This document shows, one piece after another, positions 53,659 through 64,000 of a stretch of 64,000 bases of DNA. Each line of letters opens with the position of its first letter. Position 1 is the first letter of the stretch. Source of the stretch: Carpediemonas membranifera BICM (taxonomy: Eukaryota; Protista; Fornicata). Location of the stretch: assembly GCA_019828565.1 (NCBI GenBank), contig JAHDYR010000005.1:1189842-1253841 (forward strand), written 5' to 3'. The notes beneath the pieces are model-generated. The model had not been told where the DNA came from and made no database searches. It worked only from the letters and a program-made list of their open reading frames with translations. Position numbers and translations under genes: made by a program.

Positions 53659-54588
53659 TTATTTCTCCATCTGCGAGTTAAGCCAGGCCACTGCCTTTCC
53701 CGTCAAATATACCTTACGTGTGTCGTGCGCCTTCTTTGTTGCTCTTGCGGCTGAAGCATCAACAGTGGCCTGCTTCAACAAATCTCGGCAGCTAGACTTC
53801 GGCGTCTTGGTGCCACGCCGCGTGCAGGCCCACTCTCTATCGTCCACGGACTCACCACACACAACGCATGACCCTGCGAATACGGTCGGTGGCTTCTCCT
53901 TCAGCTTCTGTCGAAGCAGATCGCACATCGCGGTCTTGACGACGCGTCGAGACAATTCATGCGTGCGCAGGGTACTAACAGGCTCAACCAACAGCTCTGT
54001 CTGAGTAGACGCCTCCTCTAGGTCTCGCACAGTCTGAGTCTCTGCATGCTCACCCTGTGGCGAAAACTGCTGGCATTTTCCCACCATCCTCGGCTTATCA
54101 GGATCAGGACCCAGCGCAGTCATGTAAACAGGTACCTCAACCCGCTTCTCGACTATCCTGACAGGCTGGGAGTCCCTGCGGGAAGGGGCTTGCGGGTGAA
54201 CTCGCGTCCTGGTCGGCCCCCCGTTCGCCTCGTTGTGCAGAGCCTCCATGAAGGCATTGAAGCCGTCATCACGGCCCACCTTCTGCGTCACAAACGACAT
54301 GACGCATGTGACCGACATCTCAAAGGATGCAAAATCGGCAGCACTGGAAACATCGCGATTGTGGCAGATTGAGTTTCGAGCTGCCAACAGCTCGCGTATA
54401 TGTCTCTTATCAGCGTGGTGAAGATCAGGAACACGATGTAGGATCGCTTGCAAAAGCATAGCCGGATCCATCTCGCCACCGTCACCACGGTACCTCGCGA
54501 TGTACTCCTGCAGCTTCGGAATCATCCTCAGTAGCGCTTCAAACATCATGCTGGCGTATCCTGCTGAATCCTTCACCCCAGAGCTCAT
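53659..54588 (-). CDS. HEPN (Swt1-like) domain plus C-terminal Cys module, copy 1
   Basis: MDPAMLLQAI..IRELLAARNSICH (Rx4H); CVVC..WAC..C. Confidence 0.65.
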   Translation of the reverse strand: MSSGVKDSAGYASMMFEALLRMIPKLQEYIARYRGDGGEMDPAMLLQAILHRVPDLHHADKRHIRELLAARNSICHNRDVSSAADFASFEMSVTCVMSFVTQKVGRDDGFNAFMEALHNEANGGPTRTRVHPQAPSRRDSQPVRIVEKRVEVPVYMTALGPDPDKPRMVGKCQQFSPQGEHAETQTVRDLEEASTQTELLVEPVSTLRTHELSRRVVKTAMCDLLRQKLKEKPPTVFAGSCVVCGESVDDREWACTRRGTKTPKSSCRDLLKQATVDASAARATKKAHDTRKVYLTGKAVAWLNSQMEK

Positions 54589-54891
54589 ATCGGTTTCTTC
54601 AGAACGAAATTCTAAAAGAAATGTTCGGTGGTAAGTGAGATCACTGCGCATCTAGAGACAGCAGAAACGTAACCTACAGCCCATATTGATGTGGGCTGGT
54701 CTTATCCGGATGTCCAAGGACCTTGATTCGCTCTGGGGTAGTCCCCCCATGACCGTCAGGCACGCGAACCGCATCCTGCACGAAGCGGGGATGCAGAGTC
54801 TGAAAAGACCCATCTCTCTGTCCGATCTGGATACCCCTGACGATAGATGGAATGAATGAAGCTGTAAACATATCCATTGACTCTGAATCTT

Positions 54892-55821
54892 TTATTTCTC
54901 CATCTGCGAGTTAAGCCAGGCCACTGCCTTTCCCGTCAGATATACCTTACGTGTGTCGTGCACCTTCTTTGTTGCTCTTGCGGCTGAAGCATCAACAGTG
55001 GCCTGCTTCAACAAATCTCGGCAGCTAGACTTCGGCGTCTTGGTGCCACGCCGCGTGCAGGCCCACTCTCTATCGTCCACGGACTCACCACACACAACGC
55101 ATGACCCTGCGAATACGGTCGGTGGCTTCTCCTTCAGCTTCTGTCGAAGCAGATCGCACATCGCGGTCTTGACGACGCGTCGAGACAATTCATGCGTGCG
55201 CAGGGTACTAACAGGCTCAACCAACAGCTCTGTCTGAGTAGACGCCTCCTCTAGGTCTCGCACAGTCTGAGTCTCTGCATGCTCACCCTGTGGCGAAAAC
55301 TGCTGGCATTTTCCCACCATCCTCGGCTTATCAGGATCAGGACCCAGCGCAGTCATGTAAACAGGTACCTCAACCCGCTTCTCGACTATCCTGACAGGCT
55401 GGGAGTCCCTGCGGGAAGGGGCTTGCGGGTGAACTCGCGTCCTGGTCGGCCCCCCGTTCGCCTCGTTGTGCAGAGCCTCCATGAAGGCATTGAAGCCGTC
55501 ATCACGGCCCACCTTCTGCGTCACAAACGACATGACGCATGTGACCGACATCTCAAAGGATGCAAAATCGGCAGCACTGGAAACATCGCGATTGTGGCAG
55601 ATTGAGTTTCGAGCTGCCAACAGCTCGCGTATATGTCTCTTATCAGCGTGGTGAAGATCAGGAACACGATGTAGGATCGCTTGCAAAAGCATAGCCGGAT
55701 CCATCTCGCCACCGTCACCACGGTACCTCGCGATGTACTCCTGCAGCTTCGGAATCATCCTCAGTAGCGCTTCAAACATCATGCTGGCGTATCCTGCTGA
55801 ATCCTTCACCCCAGAGCTCAT
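54892..55821 (-). CDS. HEPN (Swt1-like) domain plus Cys module, copy 2
   Basis: One amino-acid difference from copy 1. Confidence 0.65.
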   Translation of the reverse strand: MSSGVKDSAGYASMMFEALLRMIPKLQEYIARYRGDGGEMDPAMLLQAILHRVPDLHHADKRHIRELLAARNSICHNRDVSSAADFASFEMSVTCVMSFVTQKVGRDDGFNAFMEALHNEANGGPTRTRVHPQAPSRRDSQPVRIVEKRVEVPVYMTALGPDPDKPRMVGKCQQFSPQGEHAETQTVRDLEEASTQTELLVEPVSTLRTHELSRRVVKTAMCDLLRQKLKEKPPTVFAGSCVVCGESVDDREWACTRRGTKTPKSSCRDLLKQATVDASAARATKKVHDTRKVYLTGKAVAWLNSQMEK

Positions 55822-56364
55822 ATCGGTTTCTTCAGAACGAAATTCTAAAGAAATGTTCGGTGGTAAGTGAGATCACTGCGCATCTAGAGACAGCAGAAAC
55901 GTAACCTACAGCCCATATTGATGTGGGCTGGTCTTATCCGGATGTCCAAGGACCTTGATTCGCTCTGGGGTAGTCCCCCCATGACCGTCAGGCACGCGAA
56001 CCGCATCCTGCACGAAGCGGGGATGCAGAGTCTGAAAAGACCCATCTCTCTGTCCGATCTGGATACCCCTGACGATAGATGGAATGAATGAAGCTGTAAA
56101 CATATCCATTGACTCTGAATCTTTTATTTCTCCATCTGCGAGTTAAGCCAGGCCACTGCCTTTCCCGTCAGATATACCTTACGTGTGTCGTGCACCTTCT
56201 TTGTTGCTCTTGCGGCTGAAGCATCAACAGTGGCCTGCTTCAACAAATCTCGGCAGCTAGACTTCGGCGTCTTGGTGCCACGCCGCGTGCAGGCCCACTC
56301 TCTATCGTCCACGGACCCACCGCACACGGCATTCATGATTCCAAGGTCTAATTATTTACTCGAT

Positions 56365-57897
56365 TTATTCCGGCACCTCGTTGAGCAGGAAATAGTGCAC
56401 TTTCAGGCGAGCATATCTCACTCTAGACACGCTGCACTTGACCACCTTAGCCACGCCATCGCAGTCACCCACAACATCATACCACTGCCCTTCTGTGTCG
56501 CATAATGCGTACACACGCTCATATGTCTGATAGACAGCTGTTGCCTCAAAGGGCATATCTAGCGTACAATCGTCCTCGCAAATATGGGTGCAACCAGGAG
56601 ACACCCAAATCAGCCGCCAGGGGAAAAAACAACACCGCCTTTACATTCAAAGGGAATGCAATCGGCGTTGCTGTGAGGCATTTCTCGCGCTGCTGGTATT
56701 CAGGCAGTAGGCCAGACTGGGCGATATGTTGGGGAACCACACCGGCGAACAGGAGTTGACTGCCGCTGAGGAAGACGTTGCAGCGACAGTCTGCCATGAG
56801 CTGGTCGACCCTGAACGGCAGCTTTTCGAAGCCCCGTATACATCTATCGCGTCCAAGTCCCAGCTTATAGTGGCGGTTGAAATCGCTGATTACCTGCTGA
56901 TCGCCCGCGGAGAGGATAACTGTCCCCCCTCCATACATGATCCGATCAGGGATGAAGCCAGTGGGCACAGCGACTGGGTGGAAGACGTATCTTCTCAGAT
57001 CGTCATGAACTGTGAAGCATGCACCGTTTCCAGCCATGACAGTACCGACTGGGGTGAGGATGAACCTGCGACAAGCCTGCTCCGACACATCGATCACCAT
57101 CCTGTTCTTCTCCCAGGGGGGCAGACTGGCCTCGAGCTCGGCGATATTAGGGCAGCTGGTGAAGGTGAGGCGGGTCGCATTCCAGTGCCAGTCCAAGCTC
57201 CATGCCCACAGACCCTTAGGTGTCCTGGTAAGATGGCTGAAATTGCAACTGTAGACCTCGAGGGCCCTGGGCATCCTGGCTCTAATGAAGATGGCGAGGT
57301 TGTCTGGACGAAGCATGAATAGACGGCCCATGTACATGCGGTGATGGTAGTGTGTGTTGCCATTTGAGAATTGGTAGTACTCGCCGTCCTTCTCGGCGAC
57401 GTTCAGTGTGAAGAAGAACTTGCGGCAGAGGAACCAGAGACACTTGCCCTCGGGGGGCGAGAGCATTTCGGATGAGGTCCTGGAGGTCTGGGTTGGCCCC
57501 TCCACCCATAAGACACGCCCACACCGCGCCCTGGTTCAGTGTGTGCATGGCTGCCGGGAGCTCATCGCCAGGCGAGAGCTCGACGTTCATGGACAGCGGG
57601 GGTCCGTCTGCGAGGATCGAGCGGGCGTGATCTAGGAGGACTTGTGCGGTTGGTTCAAGCGGGGGGGATCTTGGAGAGCGTGGCGAGGAGGGATTCGAGA
57701 GAAGGGGCGCTCGCTGGTGCAGTAGTGCTCTCTGCGTTGTGGAACGAGGGCATCTCCTCGCCAAAATGCCTGGTGTAGGCGCATTGGAGCAAGGATGGTA
57801 CGTCCCCGGAGATACGGGCTGCTACAACTAGCGAGGCGCGGAATACGGAGATAAGGGCTTCTTTGATGGCTGATGGGGAGGAACTAGCACTGCTCAT
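56365..57897 (-). pseudogene. Frameshifted beta-rich gene, possibly RCC1/BLIP-II-like
   Basis: Chained ORFs 57655-57897, 57282-57764, 56546-57505; LWAW, VMAGNG and KLGLG repeats suggest a propeller. Confidence 0.35.
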
Positions 57898-58280
57898 CGA
57901 TTCCAGCGCTCAGTTCGGTGGCGACTTGTTCTCGTTCTTAAACTGCTCAATGAGAAAGGATGACAGCAGAAACGACGTCCTGGAGGACGTCCTGGTGTTA
58001 AGGAGGGGGGTGTTCTTGAGCACGTGATAGTGGACGGCCTTGTTGGTGGGCGCGGCCCATGAGAAGCACCAGCGCAAGTAAAGCATTTTGCAATATATTA
58101 CTTGCGTTTGCGCTGTCGTTCTCCGGGCGCACTTCCCCGGCCGCTCTTTGACACGGACATTGCCGTGGGGCCTCCTCCCTCGTAGCTGTTTCCTCCCCGG
58201 GTTCTGTAAATGGTGTGTTTTGATTCATCTGTCCCTTTGTTTGTCTCGGCGTTGAACTTTGAAAGCAATAAATGGCTACG

Positions 58281-58520
58281 ATCAAGATATTATTGTCCAA
58301 TGAGGCTCTTTACATCGCCTTCTAGCTCGATATTGATGTTGTTAGTGATTTTCTAGAGTACAGCACCAGTTTCGGTAATAGGGGGACAGACGAGCGCAAA
58401 CAACTACATGGCTCCGAACTACACGCGTCTTGGCGTTGATATTGGTTATTAAATGGACTGTTCGTAACATATTGAGGGATTTCGTCACTGTACTCGAATG
58501 CACAAGTGTGCAGTTTATGC
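58281..58520 (+). repeat. 240-bp direct repeat D1 (D2 at 61560-61799), bounding the SET cassette
   Basis: Near-identical copies with a few SNPs. Confidence 0.92.
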
Positions 58521-58601
58521 ATCTGCCGGAATCTCATTTAAGGGAGATAACAGCGTCCTAAACAACAGGGATCTGTCAGTCATTATCAAACTTTACTTCT
58601 C

Positions 58602-59807
58602 TCACTCAGCCTCGTTGTCCCGCTTCTCCGGAGTAACCAATTGAGCCTTCCTTGTGCCGGGACGGGTGACACCAAAGACTCGGAAGAGTAAGTCGCTCGT
58701 CTGCTCCAAACCCTGGCTTTCCTCAAGCCTCAGAATGTTGTGCCGGATCTTATCTCGGTCCTGGTCTTGAAGATGCCCGAGCTCAGCGTTCAGCCTGTTA
58801 TCAAAGGCTTGGCTGAAGATGAGCACGGAATGGAAGCCAGGGTTAGGGGCACAGCTTGGTGACTGGCGAGCTCGCGGAACTCCTTTGGCCAGAGAATGGC
58901 GTACTTGATCATTTTGGCGTACTTACGCCGCACATTGTGGGTCTTGATGGAACTCATCTCGTGGATGCGCTTGTAGATGCCATCACAGTAGGTGTTCTTG
59001 CCAACGCGCCCAGCCAGTACATCGGCACGTAAACGTTCGGCTGCGGCGTCAAGACGGGCGACCCTACCCTCATCGTCGACGGGCATCGCTCCACGCTTCC
59101 CTGCGATCGTGTACAGCTCCAGCTGCCAAGCAATCATGATCCGCAGCATCATCTCGCGTGTTGCACCAGACGTCATTGTCTCTAGCATGAGTTCCAGGCG
59201 GTGTTCATCCATGTAGCCAGACTGAATGACAGTAAGCGTCGTCATAGCACTGGATACTGGCGCGATAATGCCGCCATACCAAGGCTCCTCCTTGAGCACC
59301 GCGGTAACATCGAATGTCTCAAGGGTGAGATCAATCTTGGGCTTCTTCTTCTTGTCCTTCTTGCTCGCCGAAGGCTGCCCCTCACCCTCACCTGATGCTT
59401 CTTCGCCAGCCTTGCCCACACCCTCGGCCGATGCCTGTCCCTCCCTGGTGATAGAACCATCTACTTGGCAGCTCCGACGTGCGAAGCGCCTCGTAGACGG
59501 GATTGCTGCTTCTTGTACGTTCTCTGCAGCCACCACAACATCGCTTGTGCTCTCAAGAGGCTTTTTGCTTGCGCTCTGTCAGCATCTCGACGACGTTCTC
59601 GTGAACACGGTGCTTCAGAACATCAACAACGCCTTCAGTGCGATACTTAGGCTCAATGCTGAAGTAACAAATCAATGCATGCACGATCTGGCGCTTTGAT
59701 CCTTCCATCTCTTCGTCTCTTTCGTTCATTCGGAAACCGTTAAATAAACCATGGAATGGGTGGAACATGCGAGTGATCCAGACCTCAAGCGTGTCTACAC
59801 ACGGCAT
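58602..59807 (-). CDS. Hypothetical helical protein with NLS-like KKDKKKKPK (fragmented ORFs)
   Basis: Chained ORFs 59553-59807, 58790-59536, 58602-58826; divergent from SET. Confidence 0.45.
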
Positions 59808-59874
59808 CTTGCTTCATAAATGACTGTTTATTGCCCAAATTTTGTGTTGCGGCGTGACCGAATCGAACGAGAAC

Positions 59875-60534
59875 ATGAAGCTCACCAACAAGGCAGATAC
59901 TGTGATTACGGCGGAGGAATACCAGCAATACTACTCCTCTGATGACTTTGAGTCATTTGTTGCGGCCTGTGATGAAGCAGGCATTCGTTCTGCCCACAGC
60001 ACCACGTTCTCCGTCACAGTGGACAAGAATGGCTTCAACAGCGAGCTAGATCTGGCCATGGTGCCTCAGCATGCGCTTATGGGGCCGACAGTGGGCGATG
60101 GTATCCTTACCAACAAGAGCATCCCCAACGACGCAGTCATTGGCATATACTGCGGCAAGATCATCCCCGAGCCCGAACCTGGTGCAGTCACGACCTACGT
60201 GACGAGGCTCAAGAAGCCTAACAACTTTGCTGTTGACTCGGCCGGCCTCACGTTCGGCTGTCACAAGATCAACGATGGTGCCGCTTTCTACAACGTCGTA
60301 CCGGGGACGGCCTACGTTAATGTGCAGGTGGGGGACCAGAAGAAGCGTCTTCCCGTCATTCTTTACTTGGCGGATCGCGCTATTGCCAAGTTCGAGTACC
60401 TCTCGATCGAGTATGGCGAGCAGTACTGGCGTGGACGCAAGCCCATGGCCCTCTACCCCTTCTGTCTGGAGAAGATGCTTGCTGAGGCTGAGTATGAGGA
60501 GATCAACGATGTCTTAGACGCCGTTCTCTCCTAA
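59875..60534 (+). CDS. Stand-alone SET-domain lysine methyltransferase-like protein
   Basis: VGDGILT..IGIYCGKII..HKIND..YNV..ADRAI..YLSIEYGEQYW. Confidence 0.8.
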   Translation: MKLTNKADTVITAEEYQQYYSSDDFESFVAACDEAGIRSAHSTTFSVTVDKNGFNSELDLAMVPQHALMGPTVGDGILTNKSIPNDAVIGIYCGKIIPEPEPGAVTTYVTRLKKPNNFAVDSAGLTFGCHKINDGAAFYNVVPGTAYVNVQVGDQKKRLPVILYLADRAIAKFEYLSIEYGEQYWRGRKPMALYPFCLEKMLAEAEYEEINDVLDAVLS

Positions 60535-60760
60535 CCTAAATTGAGATCCCAACAATTCATTGCTTTCAAAAGTTCAAGGGTCCTTCTACCTGGCCCATCA
60601 TCACTGGGATCCTCGTGCTTGGCGCCCACATCCCCGATGTCACCCAAAAAGATCTAGAATTTTCCGAAAATCGGCTTCCGACAATTTTCATTGATCCCCT
60701 GACGCTCGATGGAACTGGATATTGCGTATCAACTGGTTGCTCTGAAGGAGATGAAGTCTA

Positions 60761-61543
60761 TTGAGTCTCTTAAGATCAATTCCATCACGATTCAGAAGGA
60801 AAAAGGTCCGGAAAGCTGTCATTCTTGCTTTCGCGCAGTCTCCCGCGGGTAAGAAGTGGGTAACGAGCACACTGAGGCTCTGTGCTGACCGCTACAGCGC
60901 TTCGATCCAGTACAACGTGCAGAGCATGTTGTTTGGCATGAACTCCAACGCCACATTCAACGAGGAGGCAGCAATAGCGACTCTGCGCGTTCATGAGAGG
61001 CTCGTGACCCCGCTACACCAGTCAGTCTTCGCTAACATGGTCAGGGGCCAAGCACAAGACACCGACTCTAGACGATTTCCTCGATACCGCGTGTGTCTTC
61101 CCGACTTTTTACTGAGTTGGATCGCCTTGCCGCATGGGTGGGTGAGCGCAACCCCAGTGTCTGGGTCATCATGACGGAGGCTCGTATTACTGGCGTTTTA
61201 GATGGTGAGATCTATGAGCCGCTGCTTCGGGCCGTTGCTGACGACGTTGATAGATTCACGTTCGGCAGCCCTGAAAAAGTTCCTCCAGTTAACCGACACG
61301 AGCCTTGACTATGCCGTCGAGAGTGTCCAGATCAAGGACTATGCCAATCGTCGCTGCCTTGTCAAGTGGATCGGGTATCCTGTGCCTGTCACCGTTCCGC
61401 TGACCGATACGTTGCGTGAGCTGGAGGCTGGGGAAACCTCGGGGTTTGTGGGCGTGCGACGGGAGATAACCTTCTCTGGGCGGGGTCGTACAACCGGGGA
61501 AATTCAGAACAATCTTTTTCAGGCGTCGGGAACCCGAGCGTGA
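60761..61543 (+). pseudogene. Frameshifted gene with C-terminal chromodomain-like segment
   Basis: DYAVESVQ..RRCLVKWIGY at about 61307-61380. Confidence 0.4.
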
Positions 61544-61559
61544 CGTTTCTGAGGAGTAA

Positions 61560-61799
61560 ATCAAGATAATATTGTCCAATGAGGCTCTTTACATCGCCTT
61601 CTAGCTCGATATTGATGTTGTTAGTGATTTTCTAGAGTACAGCACCAGTTTCGGTAATAGGGGGACAGACGAGCGCAAACAACTACATGGCTCCGAACTA
61701 CACGCGTCTCGGCGTTGATATTGGTTATTAAATGCACTGCTGGTAGCATATTGAGGGATTTCGTCATTGTACTCGAATGCACAAGTGTGCAGTTTATGC
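61560..61799 (+). repeat. Direct repeat D2
   Basis: Matches 58281-58520. Confidence 0.92.
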
Positions 61800-61968
61800 T
61801 TTCTCGGCCAGCCGACGATATTTACCACCACAGACAGCTGCATACAGGCTGTAGACTAGACATATACAGCAGGCTGAGTAATATAGCACCATACCCCCTA
61901 CAAACCGCGAATCAACCTCAAAGTCACATAAACATAAGCGATACGGTCGGTATATCAATCCTTTACTC

Positions 61969-64000
61969 TTACTTCTTCACTGACCATCTCCTCCTCTTCA
62001 GCCCGGGAGGAACCTTGCGCAGAGTGGCGTGTCCCCTTGTCACTTCGACCGCATACTCGATTTCCCACTCGCGACACTGTTGGGCAAAACACGCCAGGGC
62101 GCTCTGGCCGTTTTCGTTGGGCTTAAACGCGACATGTGTCACCTTGCCCTCCCTCAGACTTGCTAAAAACGTACATGCCGACGACTGGATCGATCTTTGG
62201 GTCAAAATCCCGGACAACATGGAGGTATGCAACGGACTTTCCAGTCATTGAGCACCAGGCTTCAACAGCCCACTGAGTTAACCACTTCTCCTGCATGATT
62301 GGCTTACCGATGTTGCCCTCCTCCGTGACAGTGTGTACACTGCACACTTCATGGAAAAGTTCGTCCCGGAGACCCTCCTCGGGCCGCCTGTACCCCGGAG
62401 TGGCCCGCCGGTTCATCTCTATCGCTTCCTTGTATATCTGCTCGCGGTAGTTGTCCGCCTTCGTCTCCCGCTGCACACTGCTCTTCATTCGTCATCGTCT
62501 CCCAGCTCTTGAACGCATGAGGCTCCCGTGACGCCCTCGATCATCATGAGGCAGTGTGTTATACAGTTGCCGTGGGGCAGGGTTTTGTATCTGACCCACT
62601 GCTTGCTCTTCTCCAGCTGATTGGCGACGTCAACTCTAAACTTGACTTCCCTGCTCCTCATCTGCTCGGAAGCTGGGTCGACGTGGTCGACCTGGACATA
62701 TTCAACGTCCGACTCAGCCTCCGAATGCCACCTCGTTGTCTGCCTCTTGCTCCCTTATCTGCCTCACGCTTCTCTCTGACTCTGCATTCACCTCTGACTC
62801 AGCCATCTCGTCCTCCTGCTCCTCCTCCTCTGCCTCACCCCTCCTCCACTGGCTCCCTCTTCCTCCTCTGACTCCTCCTCCGAGTCCTCTGGCCTGACCT
62901 TCTCGGGCTCAGCCTGGATGCAGGCGTCGCATTTAGTCATCCTCCTCATGTGACTCACCCTTCCTCTCCTCTGTCACCAGCTCCTCGTGTGCCTCGCGCT
63001 TCTTCTCCTCTGTCACCATCTCCTCCTCGTCTGACTCCTCTGAGTTGTTATCGACATCAGCGATCTTCTGAGGGATTGTCATGAGGGCCTTGCGCTTCAT
63101 GTGGATTGTGTCGCTCTTCCCCGTACGGCGGGGGGTACTCGTTCGTGCTTGGTGTGTGCCCGACTGGGGTAGGTCGCGGCAGAAACGGCGCGGGTGTCGG
63201 GCTGGCACCCATGGAGATGTCAGCTGCGTACCCCACGTCTTGCAGCAGCCTCGTGACGGTCTCCTCCAGCTCGAGTACTCTCTTCTGCGCCTTGTGATGG
63301 AGCACTCGTGCCTCCATCGGAAGAGATGGGAGGTCTTTGTGAATCCAGTCCTTCATTTCGAGCAGCTTGGATACGCGAAGGTATCTGTCGAACTGGACGT
63401 CGACGTGGTTGTCCCCAGCAACCGCAGCTGACTCTCGAGAGGCGCGAATGCGAAGCTCGCCGTGCACCTCCTTCTGGACTCTATGCCACAGGACGTAGTT
63501 GCGAGCGTTATTGTCCTCCCACTCCTTGAGCTTCTGGGCGATCTTTCTCTCGCGCCGGCGCTTGATCGCGCGTTCTCTAATCTCATCGTCGGACTCGTTG
63601 TCAAAGTCCACCTCACTCTCACTGTCGCACAACTCAGAATCGTCGACGCCGCTCTCTTCACCACTGTCCACGCCACTCTCATCGTCGACGAGGTTCTTTC
63701 TTAGCGCTCTCGGCGCTTGCCCCTTTGCCCTTGTCCTTCTCCTCGGCGTCAATGGCCTCAATAATGGCCTTTACGCGCCTTGCGCTTCTCCTGGCTATAC
63801 ACGATATCAGCCTGGTTGTCGTCAACCCACTTCGCCAGCGCGCCGGGCTTCTTGGAACTTCTTGGTCCGGCGAGGTGCCATAAACTGCTTCTTCAACTTA
63901 TCCTGGAGCTCTTCCTTCTCGTCCTTCGTGAGGCGGAATTTCGTAGTGATATGGTTCAGGTTGAGTTTCCTATATAAGCATTGCTATGACTACAAACGCT
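61969..64000 (-). pseudogene. Second OTU-like gene: N-terminus near-identical to 22807-23895, divergent OTU domain; frameshifted; runs off the window
   Basis: TLPHGNCITHCLMMIE (about 62540-62585) and VTRGHATL (about 62020) parallel VKSDGNCVAYCLQAIE and DPAHATL. Confidence 0.7.

Larger units (their letters stand above)
53630..56316. repeat. Tandem duplication, about 1233-bp unit, 2.2 copies
   Basis: Units start at 53630, 54863 and 56095; near-identical. Confidence 0.93.
52721..64000. mobile_element. Probable second large cargo element related to 15334-28313 (right end outside the window)
   Basis: Cuts Gypsy-4 RT at CATA|CTGTCAA; subterminal CCCTAGATTATCTT twice plus a partial inverted copy; shares OTU gene N-terminus, Cys module and spacer hairpin with the 13-kb element. 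Confidence 0.6.

Noticed and set aside
1-64000. Species assignment (impression of a fornicate such as Carpediemonas)
   Set aside because: Only suggestive (tiny intron, GC level, RCC1-like family); it cannot be supported without a database search.

Overview
Eukaryotic DNA, probably from a protist (CCA-less tRNA with a TTTT terminator, one convincing 28-nt GT-AG intron), made almost entirely of nested mobile elements. Target-site duplications (TSDs) resolve two nests. Nest 1: Gypsy-3 < Gypsy-1b < LINE-A (15-bp TSD) < intact Gypsy-1 (4-bp TSD). Nest 2: tyrosine-recombinase (YR/DIRS-order) retroelement < Gypsy-2 (13336-37877, TSD TCAG) < LINE-B (17-bp TSD) < a 13-kb DNA element with perfect 52-bp TIRs (15334-28313). 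A complete split-direct-repeat YR retrotransposon sits 3 bp upstream of a tRNA-Asn gene. Two things stand out. (a) Four Gypsy families have very short LTRs (66-125 bp) and, instead of a tRNA primer-binding site, a 12-14-bp palindrome fused to the 5' LTR end, which suggests tRNA-independent priming. (b) There are large cargo elements with C(A/T)GTCAA ends and no visible transposase (15334-28313, and probably 52721 to beyond 64000). They carry head-to-head VNTRs and direct-repeat-bounded gene cassettes encoding OTU-like, SET, chromo-like, HEPN-like and degenerate YR proteins. A kinase with the same Cys module and a histone-H3-tail mimic lie nearby. All domain calls are from motif reading by eye, not database searches. 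Many single-base frameshifts lie in homopolymers and may be sequencing errors.
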